DNA of 63,432 nucleotides, counting the filler. It is 5 parts of 5 records of this genome, joined end to end, with 100 filler letters (N's around TTAATTAATTAA, not from the genome) between each part and the next. Parts side by side here need not be neighbours in the genome. Positions count along the whole stretch, not along the records: positions 1 to 29,040 come from DRR723986_1361; 4 more parts are not named here. One strand, given 5' to 3'. Below, one piece after another: positions 1 to 8,387 of this stretch. Numbering within the stretch: position 1 is the stretch's first letter; each line of letters opens with the position of its first letter. The translations under genes and the position numbers were made by a program. Under the pieces are notes generated by a model that did no database searches, had not been told where the DNA came from, and saw nothing but the letters and a program-made list of their open reading frames with translations.

Positions 1-371
1 CAATCTGCTTCATTCATCACATTCACGGCTGGTAAAATTTTTTCTATTCTGGAAACCAACTGCCCAAACTCATTCTCTTGGTGCAAATTCCAACTCCACT
101 CTTCGCCTACCGTGACCTCCAGCATTTTCCTAAACTGAGCAAATTGATCAAAATACAACTCCTGCAATTCCTCGTCAGCATGACCGATCTCTATTCCAAT
201 CGACGCAAAATCACGCTCAGCTTTCATCCTGAAATAAATATTCCGAACGCCTGTTTTGTAATTCGGCCAGTTAATTCGCCTTCCTTCCGCATTCGGAATG
301 GGTTTCATGTATTGCCCAAAAGCAATCCAAAACTCCGAACGGATTCTCGATGTTTCAGCTTTGTTGTACAA
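1..371 (-). CDS. DUF4268-like protein, runs off the window start (partial)
   Basis: Manual translation from TTG at 371: MYNKAETSRIRSEFWIAFGQYMKPIPNAEGRRINWPNYKTG..., open to position 1; starts directly after the stop of the upstream gene; missing from the ORF track. Confidence 0.7.
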   Translation of the reverse strand, partial: MYNKAETSRIRSEFWIAFGQYMKPIPNAEGRRINWPNYKTGVRNIYFRMKAERDFASIGIEIGHADEELQELYFDQFAQFRKMLEVTVGEEWSWNLHQENEFGQLVSRIEKILPAVNVMNEAD

Positions 372-373
372 GA

Positions 374-1237
374 TTAATAGGTAGTATGGCTGTCGCTAGG
401 TAAGACAAGGATAATTTCACCGGCTTTTGCATTTTCATCATCCAGTTTATCCAATTGATCTTGTGTTACCATGTGGATATCTAAAATTTCCAGATCTGGG
501 AACTCTCTTTTCAAATACCACAAAATACCCTCTCCGTCTTTGGTATGGTAGGAACCATTGATATGATAGATCTGCTTTCCTTCACGAATAGGCTCAAAAA
601 GTGATTCTGCCATGGTCGCATCTTTCAAAGCCTGAGCTTGAATCATAAAATCGGAATTGCCCGGCGCGCCATGCATCATATCCTTCATGGCAACATAGCC
701 TGGCATGCTCATATCTACCTCAACTGGCAGTTTTGCAAAAAAATTCTTAGCCTGAGGGGAAAGCGAATCCAAAGCGCTTAAACCAGCCTTACTGACTAGA
801 GAAGCATACTTTCTTGGAACATTTGTGGCAATAAACCTTAACCCTTTCTCCTTAGCATAGCGCAAAATAGGGCGGTAATCGCTATTGTAATTCTTCCAAA
901 GATTTGCCTCAGCTTCGAAATTGCTTTCGGTAATTTGACCTGAAAACCACTCGTCCAAGTTCAACTGATCTTCTCGCTCAAAAATCTCTGATCCTACCAC
1001 CAAATCAGGATTCTGCGCTTGCAATCCTTTCAGCACCTGCAATTGTAACCAGTGCCCAAGACTGTTATTATGAAGCTCTCCAAAGAAAACCGCATCAACA
1101 TCTTTAGCGTCTTTGAGAACATCCTTCAAATCTATTTTTTTGCCTTTGTTAGTAAAAAACTGATAGGCCTCTCCCTGAGCTTTGAGGGTTCCAAATGAAC
1201 CAAAAACTAGCAGGAACACTAGAAAATAATTACGCAT
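374..1237 (-). CDS. ChaN-family (putative heme/iron-uptake) exported protein
   Basis: Signal peptide; FFGELHNN, EIFER, NVPR, KDATMA and HINGSYH motifs typical of ChaN/EreA-like proteins. Confidence 0.75.
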   Translation of the reverse strand: MRNYFLVFLLVFGSFGTLKAQGEAYQFFTNKGKKIDLKDVLKDAKDVDAVFFGELHNNSLGHWLQLQVLKGLQAQNPDLVVGSEIFEREDQLNLDEWFSGQITESNFEAEANLWKNYNSDYRPILRYAKEKGLRFIATNVPRKYASLVSKAGLSALDSLSPQAKNFFAKLPVEVDMSMPGYVAMKDMMHGAPGNSDFMIQAQALKDATMAESLFEPIREGKQIYHINGSYHTKDGEGILWYLKREFPDLEILDIHMVTQDQLDKLDDENAKAGEIILVLPSDSHTTY

Positions 1238-1595
1238 AATCTTCCGGGTATTGAATTTGCACAGAGGAGAAGCTTACTAATCCTCCGAGAGCAGGATGAT
1301 GCTTTTTAAGCGTTAATCTAATTGTTGTGGTTTTGGGATAGGCCTCTAAAATATCGGTCACAATCATGTGGCCCAGATGTTCGAGCAGTTTCACTTTCAC
1401 ATCCATTCTGGCTTTGATCAATTTGTACAATTTGGAATAATCCACAGTTGCACTCAAGTCATCATGAAGCATCGCCTGTCTGAAATCTGTTTCCAGTTCG
1501 AGATCCAAGGTAAAGCGATTTCCAAGTATGGATTCCTCGGGATAGGCTCCGTGGTAGGCGTGAAACTCAATCCCTTCGAGACTTACTTTCCCCAT
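1230..1595 (-). CDS. folB: dihydroneopterin aldolase
   Basis: FHAYHG...EE..LGNRF, DDLSATVDY, LLEHL motifs; 121 aa. Confidence 0.95.
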   Translation of the reverse strand: MGKVSLEGIEFHAYHGAYPEESILGNRFTLDLELETDFRQAMLHDDLSATVDYSKLYKLIKARMDVKVKLLEHLGHMIVTDILEAYPKTTTIRLTLKKHHPALGGLVSFSSVQIQYPEDYA

Positions 1596-2557
1596 CAGTC
1601 AAATTGGTCAAAAAATGAACCTGATTGGTTCTTAGCATCATCAGTATATTTCGGTTGGGTAGCCTGAGGCTTGAGCGGTTCTTCAAATGGCTTCTTCTCC
1701 TTAGCCTCCTCTATTTCTTCTATATCTTCTTCAAGAATCTCGTCTTCCAGCTGCATCTTGGTGTCTTCTAATTCCAGCTCCTCCTCTGCATCTTTTTCGA
1801 TTTCTATCTCCAAATCAGGTGTTGAATCATGATCTTCTAGCTCTAAGTCCTCTTCTATCACTTCCATTTCAGCTAAAGGACTTTCATCTATTTCTTCTTC
1901 GAAAATCTCCTCTTCGTATCCAAGATTCTCAAGATTTCCGAAAGTGAATGTTTGTGACCTGCTTAGTTCATCTATCGCTCTGGCATGAGCCTTGGCGTCA
2001 ATTCTAGAGTAATGCGCTTCCGAAAGATCGATTTGATTCAAGGTATCCTGAGCAATTCTCTTCAGACTTTTCACCATAGACTCTCTTTGCTCAGCTAGGC
2101 CTTCATACGAACGGACTAGGCCTTGCATGCTTTCTCTGAGCTCTACGATAGTCTCTTTCGCCTTGGTTTCCGCAGCGCCGATGATCGCAGCAGCCTGCTC
2201 CTCAGCTTGTTTCCTGGAGTCAGCCAGCATCTGATCAACGTGCTTAGTCGCATTGTCAGCAGTTTCATTTGCATCAGCGATAATCAAGTCCGCAGCTTCA
2301 TTCGCTTCAACGATTATTGCGGCTCCGGTATCTTCCGCAGTTTTGAGGGTACGGAAAAGTGATTCCTCCACATCCTTCAATCGCTTTGCCTCTGCTTCTG
2401 TATTTTGAAGCTTAGTTTTCAGCTCCATATTTTCTTTGTGAAGCAGGTCGACTACTTCAGATATTTCGTCCAGAAATGCGGTCACTTCTTTCTTTTCATA
2501 TCCTCTGAATCCAACTTCAAAGGTTTTTTGCCGAATGGCTGCTGGTGTGATCTTCAT
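1595..2557 (-). CDS. DivIVA domain protein with coiled coil and acidic tail
   Basis: N-terminal ITPAAIRQKTFEVGFRGYEKKEV DivIVA motif, long coiled coil, Glu/Asp-rich C-terminus. Confidence 0.85.
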   Translation of the reverse strand: MKITPAAIRQKTFEVGFRGYEKKEVTAFLDEISEVVDLLHKENMELKTKLQNTEAEAKRLKDVEESLFRTLKTAEDTGAAIIVEANEAADLIIADANETADNATKHVDQMLADSRKQAEEQAAAIIGAAETKAKETIVELRESMQGLVRSYEGLAEQRESMVKSLKRIAQDTLNQIDLSEAHYSRIDAKAHARAIDELSRSQTFTFGNLENLGYEEEIFEEEIDESPLAEMEVIEEDLELEDHDSTPDLEIEIEKDAEEELELEDTKMQLEDEILEEDIEEIEEAKEKKPFEEPLKPQATQPKYTDDAKNQSGSFFDQFD

Positions 2558-2651
2558 GTGTTTATAATTTGTCTTTTAAAGGCCCCATGGAATCTCGCGT
2601 GGCTATAATCCGATATGCTTTGAGACCTTGAATCATGCTCGATTTCATAGG

Positions 2652-3566
2652 TTAATTCGCTTCAATTTGCCAAATAGAAATAGTACGGTCGTCTGACACA
2701 GAAATTACATTGCCTTGATAGCTACTCCAAATCACCTTGTTTATTGAAGTACCATGACCTGCATTTCTTGCTTTGTCTATGACCTTGAGGAGTTTCCGTT
2801 CGCTTGCATCCCATACCTTGATAGACTTATCCATGGAGCAGGTGACTAGAAGGTTTCCGTCCTCCTTGAAATATAAATAATTAATGGCATACATATGTGC
2901 CACAATGTTTTCTTGTAGAGAATAGCTGTCAGTTTCCCAGAATTTCAACCGAGCATCCCGACCGGCACTGACCAAAATCGACTCATCAGGAGAATACGAA
3001 AGTGCAAATACAGAATTGGTGTGGCCTGTTAAATTTGCAATGGGTTTAAAACTGTCTGATAAATCAAGAATTTTTACGGTATGATCACTCAGGCCAATTG
3101 CCAGTTCGCGTTTATCTTTTGCCAAAGACATCACGCGAATACTCTTCTCACTCAATTTGATGTGCTTTTTGATCGTTTTTGAATTAATATCAACTACAAT
3201 AAGCACCCCGTCACCTGTACCAATGTACGCTTCGTCCCCAAAGATTTTGATATCAAAAATTGCCTTATCCGTCAACTTCAATGACCAAATCTCCTTGCTT
3301 TCATTCAGGTCAATGACGTGAATCCCTTCGAAATTATGGCCTATAAAAAGCAAATTCCTACTTGGGTCTATTGCAAGTCCATAAACTGAATGTGGCAGTC
3401 TAGCTATTAACTTACCATCTTTCGGCTGATCCAAGTCCCATTCCACTACCATACCATCTCCAGCTCCGGTATAAAAAAATCTGGGATCACTCCCTTCTAC
3501 CAATGCATAGATGCAGTCATTGTGTCCTGTTAGTGTTTGTAATTTATTAACTTCTATTTTTGACAT
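2652..3566 (-). CDS. WD40-repeat beta-propeller protein
   Basis: Repeated GH...W[DE] units (LTGHNDCIY...VEWD, LTGHTNSVF...KFWE, AHMYAIN...KVWD); start at 3566 (MSKIEV) avoids overlap with the divergent gene. Confidence 0.85.
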   Translation of the reverse strand: MSKIEVNKLQTLTGHNDCIYALVEGSDPRFFYTGAGDGMVVEWDLDQPKDGKLIARLPHSVYGLAIDPSRNLLFIGHNFEGIHVIDLNESKEIWSLKLTDKAIFDIKIFGDEAYIGTGDGVLIVVDINSKTIKKHIKLSEKSIRVMSLAKDKRELAIGLSDHTVKILDLSDSFKPIANLTGHTNSVFALSYSPDESILVSAGRDARLKFWETDSYSLQENIVAHMYAINYLYFKEDGNLLVTCSMDKSIKVWDASERKLLKVIDKARNAGHGTSINKVIWSSYQGNVISVSDDRTISIWQIEAN

Positions 3567-3600
3567 ATATTGGACTGAGACTTTGGTTGCCCTGCTGGCT

Positions 3601-4230
3601 ATGCAAACAAAAATAGAAAAAATAGATTCTTCCTCGGCTTTGGCCATCAAGATTATCGAAACTCAAGATGAAAACGACCTGGATTTTCTCAGCTTTAGGG
3701 AGAAACTTGGTTACGCCAACATTTCGCATCCCGAGAAAAAGAGAGAATGGGCCACTGCTAGAATGGCAATCCGAGATGCTTTGGATGTTTTGCATGTTCC
3801 ATATCCTGGTTTTTTCAAAGATGAGCATGGTAAATCTCAAACCATGAATGGACATGGATATATTTCACTTTCACACACCATGGGATACGCTGGCGCTATT
3901 TATCACAGGGAAAATCCGGTTGGAATTGACATGGATTTGATACGGGAAAAAATCCTGAGGATTGGATTTCGGTTTCTGGATCAATCAGAATTAGACTTCT
4001 TGGAAAAGGATCCTTTACATTACACCATGGCTTGGTCAGCTAAAGAGTCTATCTTTAAATGTCAGGGGAAAAGAGGCGTTTCTTTTCGAGAAAATATTCT
4101 CTTAGAACCATTTGACCCAAAGGCAGGAATCATCAGAGGTAAAGTCCGAGGTACGGATTTTACAGATCATCATTACACAGTACAGGTTCGGGTGATCTCA
4201 GACGTTGTACTAACATACACTATTTGGTAA
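3601..4230 (+). CDS. 4'-phosphopantetheinyl transferase superfamily protein
   Basis: ISLSHT, VGIDMD, WSAKESIFK motifs; likely start ATG 3601. Confidence 0.85.
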   Translation: MQTKIEKIDSSSALAIKIIETQDENDLDFLSFREKLGYANISHPEKKREWATARMAIRDALDVLHVPYPGFFKDEHGKSQTMNGHGYISLSHTMGYAGAIYHRENPVGIDMDLIREKILRIGFRFLDQSELDFLEKDPLHYTMAWSAKESIFKCQGKRGVSFRENILLEPFDPKAGIIRGKVRGTDFTDHHYTVQVRVISDVVLTYTIW

Positions 4231-4800
4231 ATGCAAAAGCTAAGCTTAATTATACTCATTCTTCTTTCTATAACTTTTTCGCTTTCCGCTCAAAGTCTAG
4301 AAGAGATCAATCTCACTGATGCGGTAACTGGCAAAGAGGTTAATGTAGCTTCTCAAATTAAGGGAAAAGGTTTAGTCTTGATTTTCCATAGTTTGGGATG
4401 CCCTTTTGCAAAAATGTATGAAGCTCGTTTGATTGCTTTGCGAAGCAAATACCAAAATCAGGGTTTTACATTTATGCTCGTTAACCCAGAAGTGAGTCAA
4501 AAAGAAGAAGATAAAACAGCCTTGCGAAGCTATATAGATCAGTCCGATATAAACATGTCTTACTTGATTGATGATAGCCAAGCGTTGACCAAATTCTTTA
4601 AAGTCACCAAAATCCCTGAAGTAATTTTACTTACCCCAGGAGCTGTGGTCAGTTATAGAGGAGCGATTGATAATAATCCTCAAGCTGAAAGTGCCGTGTC
4701 ATCAAACTACCTCGACAAAGCAATGGATTCCTTATTGAAAGGTGAGTCGCCGACACCAAGTCAAGTTAGAGCTGTTGGCTGTAATGTGCGTACTTATTGA
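4231..4800 (+). CDS. exported redoxin/thioredoxin-fold protein
   Basis: Signal peptide, GCPF, YRGAIDN, C-terminal GC motif. Confidence 0.75.
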   Translation: MQKLSLIILILLSITFSLSAQSLEEINLTDAVTGKEVNVASQIKGKGLVLIFHSLGCPFAKMYEARLIALRSKYQNQGFTFMLVNPEVSQKEEDKTALRSYIDQSDINMSYLIDDSQALTKFFKVTKIPEVILLTPGAVVSYRGAIDNNPQAESAVSSNYLDKAMDSLLKGESPTPSQVRAVGCNVRTY

Positions 4801-5645
4801 TCGTTCAGCAAGGCTATTAATTCCTTAATCTCTTGAACTTTGTCAGCCTCGCCAAGCTTCTCGAATGAATTTTCCAGGTTTCTGAACATTCGAAGCATAA
4901 TTTGTAGATGCGCACAAGGTTCGAAGTAATCCTCTTTTGGCTCGATCTTCAATTGCTCCAGATAGTTAAAAATATCCTTTCTACTAAAAATCAATCCTTT
5001 GTTAAAGGCATTGATGTAAAAAGTGACATCGGCTGATTTATAGGTGAGTACAAAAAGATTTGGGAGGTTCACACCATAAATCGGTAACCCCAACTTTTTT
5101 GCTACCAGTAAATAAATTGAGCATAATGTCAGGGGATTTCCACGTTTTGAATCCAAAACCGAGGAAAGCATACTATTGGCCGGAGAGTGAAAGTTTTTGG
5201 TATTCGCAGAGAATCGGAGGGTGTTGAAAAGCACATTGTTAATTGCCCTCACCTGCTCATATGGACTCAAATCATTTTTGAAAGCAGTCCAAACCTCGAA
5301 GTAAATCTGATGCATCTCAGCGTTCAGCCTCGCATATTCGAGATCTGGATACTGATAGGTATTGATAATCCACAGCCCAGTCAGCAAGTCCCGATCGTCG
5401 GTATCCCGCCAATCTTTCAACCTTTCCTTTAGCAGAGAAAACTGAAGATCATGAACCAATTCTTCTATTTCTTTCTGAATATCCGGATTGAAGCTATTCT
5501 CCCATTTTTTCTCCAAAAAGGGAATAATATCATTCCCCAAAGAAATGATTCTATCCCTCACATGCATTCTTACTTCACGATCGGAATCATCCAATAAGGA
5601 AACCAAGGCATTTAATTCTCCGGGTGTCAAATCACTCATCGTCAA
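4794..5645 (-). CDS. SirB1/transglutaminase-like domain protein
   Basis: VLDSKRGNPLTLCSIY, GVNLPNLF, LRMFRNL motifs. Confidence 0.8.
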   Translation of the reverse strand: MTMSDLTPGELNALVSLLDDSDREVRMHVRDRIISLGNDIIPFLEKKWENSFNPDIQKEIEELVHDLQFSLLKERLKDWRDTDDRDLLTGLWIINTYQYPDLEYARLNAEMHQIYFEVWTAFKNDLSPYEQVRAINNVLFNTLRFSANTKNFHSPANSMLSSVLDSKRGNPLTLCSIYLLVAKKLGLPIYGVNLPNLFVLTYKSADVTFYINAFNKGLIFSRKDIFNYLEQLKIEPKEDYFEPCAHLQIMLRMFRNLENSFEKLGEADKVQEIKELIALLNDQ

Positions 5646-5696
5646 AAGGCTACGGTTAATGGAAGGAAACTATAAAATAAGATACTAAAAATTGGC

Positions 5697-7325
5697 TTAA
5701 GTTTGAATCACGCCTACATTAAATCTTTCAGTTATCGGAGCATGATTAGCTGCTTCTATACCCATGCTGATTACCTTTCTAGTCTCACGAGGATCGATTA
5801 CTCCATCCACCCAGAGTCTCGAAGCCGCATAAAATGGGCTCAGTTCCTCATTGTATTTGGAAGTGATTTCATCCAGCAATTCCTTTTCATCTTCAGGCGT
5901 GATCTCCAGCCCTTTTTTCTTCAAACCTGCTACTTTGATCTGAAGCAAAGTATTTGCTGCTGCAGCTCCCGACATCACTGCCATCTCAGCTGTAGGCCAA
6001 GAATATATCAAGCGCGGGTCATATGCTTTGCCACACATGGCGTAATTACCGGCTCCGTAAGAATTTCCTAGTATAAAGGTGAATTTCGGCACCACAGAGT
6101 TAGCCATGGCATTGACCATTTTGGCTCCGTCCTTAATAATCCCTCCATGCTCAGCTTTGCTGCCAACCATAAAGCCGCTGACATCCTGAAGGAAAACAAG
6201 TGGGATTTTACGCTGGTTGCAATTCATGATAAATCGAGCTGCTTTGTCTGCTGAGTCAGAATAAATCACTCCGCCCATTTGCATTTCTCCCTTGGCAGTT
6301 TTGACGATCTTTCGCTGATTTGCTACTATTCCCACTGCCCATCCATCAATCCTTGCAGTGCCACAAATCAATGTTTTGCCATAGTCTTCTTTGTATTCAT
6401 CGAAGTCACCAGCATCCACAAGACCTTTTACGATCTGCAACATGTCGTATGGCTTCACACGCTCAGTCGGGAATGAGCCAATAAGTTCATCTCCTGTCAA
6501 GCCTGACTTGTGGGACTCTACGCGATCAAAACCGGCGGTAGGATTATGACCTATTTTATCAAAAATCTTTCGGATCGCATCCAGACAATCCTGATCAGTA
6601 TCGTATTTATTATCCGTCACTCCTGATATTTCGCAGTGCGTGGTAGCACCACCTAGTGTTTCATTATCAATCGTCTCACCGATTGCTGATTTCACCAAAT
6701 AGGAGCCTGCCAGGAAGATAGACCCAGTCTTATCCACTATCATTGCCTCGTCGGACATAATCGGCAAGTAAGCGCCCCCAGCCACACAGCTTCCCATGAT
6801 CGCTGCAACTTGTATAATTCCCATCGCAGACATTTTCGCATTGTTTCGGAATTGACGCCCAAAATGCTCTTTGTCTGGGAAAATCTCATTTTGCATGGGG
6901 AGGAAAACACCTGCGCTATCGACCAGATAGATAACAGGAATCTGATTTTCCATGGCTATTTCCTGAGCACGAAGATTTTTCTTTGCAGTCATCGGAAACC
7001 ATGCTCCTGCCTTCACAGTCGCATCATTGGCTACGATCATGCACATTCTCCCACTCACATAGCCAATTCCAGTCACAACGCCACCGGAAGGACAACCTCC
7101 CTCCTCTTCATACATGCCGTCAGCTACGAAAGCCCCAACTTCTAAAAAATCTGTGGTATTATCACGCAAGTAGTCTATTCGCTCACGAGCGGTGAGCTTC
7201 CCTTTAGAATGTTCTTTTTCTATTCTTTTGGCACCTCCACCTAGTTTAACGTGCTCATATTTTTCTTTTAACTCATGGAGTAGACCCTCCATGGTTGGAT
7301 TAGAATTTCCAGTAGTTGCTGTCAT
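5697..7325 (-). CDS. acyl-CoA carboxylase carboxyltransferase subunit (methylcrotonyl-CoA carboxylase beta-like)
   Basis: GKLTARERI, ANDATVKAG, GSCVAGGAY, GFMVG, SYGAGNYAMCG motifs. Confidence 0.9.
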   Translation of the reverse strand: MTATTGNSNPTMEGLLHELKEKYEHVKLGGGAKRIEKEHSKGKLTARERIDYLRDNTTDFLEVGAFVADGMYEEEGGCPSGGVVTGIGYVSGRMCMIVANDATVKAGAWFPMTAKKNLRAQEIAMENQIPVIYLVDSAGVFLPMQNEIFPDKEHFGRQFRNNAKMSAMGIIQVAAIMGSCVAGGAYLPIMSDEAMIVDKTGSIFLAGSYLVKSAIGETIDNETLGGATTHCEISGVTDNKYDTDQDCLDAIRKIFDKIGHNPTAGFDRVESHKSGLTGDELIGSFPTERVKPYDMLQIVKGLVDAGDFDEYKEDYGKTLICGTARIDGWAVGIVANQRKIVKTAKGEMQMGGVIYSDSADKAARFIMNCNQRKIPLVFLQDVSGFMVGSKAEHGGIIKDGAKMVNAMANSVVPKFTFILGNSYGAGNYAMCGKAYDPRLIYSWPTAEMAVMSGAAAANTLLQIKVAGLKKKGLEITPEDEKELLDEITSKYNEELSPFYAASRLWVDGVIDPRETRKVISMGIEAANHAPITERFNVGVIQT

Positions 7326-7470
7326 TAGTCAAATTTGGGTTTAGAAATCATAACCAGTGCTTTCTGCAAATAGTTAAGCTTCCAAGTTAAAAAAGAAAAA
7401 GCTAACAGTCGTAGTATTCTAGGTTGCAGTCACCCTATTCAGTCTCAAAACAGTATTCTGACAATCCCAC

Positions 7471-7501
7471 AAAAAAGCCCTTTACTCACAAGAAAAGGGC
7501 T
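7471..7501 (-). terminator. intrinsic terminator of the amidase gene
   Basis: AAAAAA-GCCCTTT...AAAGGGC hairpin; U-tract on the minus strand just after the amidase stop. Confidence 0.6.
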
Positions 7502-7525
7502 CTAGAATGTTAAATATTATGAAAA

Positions 7526-8326
7526 TTAATTTTTCTCGATTGACTCTTTGTAGTCTCTTATTGACCGGTAAATCGCAGAGGCCATGTATTCTTTTCCTTG
7601 TTGACTCATTAGGAATTGCTCCTCTGTTGAATTGGATAAAAAACCCAATTCCACCAAAACAGATGGCATTGAAGGAGTCCAGAGCACATAAAAAGGCCCT
7701 TGCTTCACGCCTCTACTTTTGCGACCAACTCGATCTCTAAATTGAGTTTCTACATTATCTGCTAGAGTCACGGAGTTCTCGAAATGAACTTTAGACATTA
7801 AATTGAACATCATGTAGGATTCAGGTGAAGATGGATCAAACCCTTCGTAGTTTTCCTCGTAGTTATCTTCCAACAGGATCACCGAGTTTTCTCGTTTTAC
7901 AATATCAAAGTTTGCATCAAAATGCTTTGTCCCCATCACGAAAGTCTCTGTTCCAAATGCTGATTTATTTGCAGCAGAATTGGAATGAATGGACACAAAG
8001 AGATGTGCTTTGTTATTATTGGCGATCATAGGTCGTTCCTTGAGTGAAGGAAAACTATCATCGTCCCGAGTGTAAATCACCTCTACATCAGGCAAGTTTT
8101 CCTTGATGTATTTTCCAACTAAAAGTGTAACTGCAAGATTAATGTCTTTTTCCTTTGACCTAGAACCCAGATTACCAGGATCTTTACCTCCGTGGCCGGC
8201 ATCCAAGACGATCTTTGTCATCTTAAAAGATGGTACCATGGATTCATTTGTGATAAATCCGCCAAATACAAAGGGAATACATAAAATTAGACTAAGAAGA
8301 ATTTTTTTGTTTTTGGACCGTTCCAT
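7526..8326 (-). CDS. N-acetylmuramoyl-L-alanine amidase (Amidase_3)
   Basis: IVLDAGHGGKDPG, EKDINL, SIHSN, VLVELGF Zn-binding motifs; start 8326 (MERSK) gives a signal peptide and no overlap with lptD. Confidence 0.92.
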   Translation of the reverse strand: MERSKNKKILLSLILCIPFVFGGFITNESMVPSFKMTKIVLDAGHGGKDPGNLGSRSKEKDINLAVTLLVGKYIKENLPDVEVIYTRDDDSFPSLKERPMIANNNKAHLFVSIHSNSAANKSAFGTETFVMGTKHFDANFDIVKRENSVILLEDNYEENYEGFDPSSPESYMMFNLMSKVHFENSVTLADNVETQFRDRVGRKSRGVKQGPFYVLWTPSMPSVLVELGFLSNSTEEQFLMSQQGKEYMASAIYRSIRDYKESIEKN

Positions 8327-8387
8327 GAGGGCAATAAAATTAACTTTACACGAAATTTCACTCAAATTAAATAAAGCGTAAGCAACA

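Noticed and set aside
78-377. 99-aa plus-strand ORF
   Set aside because: Shadow of the real minus-strand DUF4268-like gene
3511-3650. Head-to-head overlap of the WD40 and PPTase ORFs
   Set aside because: Disappears with the starts at 3566 and 3601
3601-4230. PPTase as the activator of the PKS at 29-35 kb
   Set aside because: Different contig and different phylum; the proximity is an artefact of concatenation
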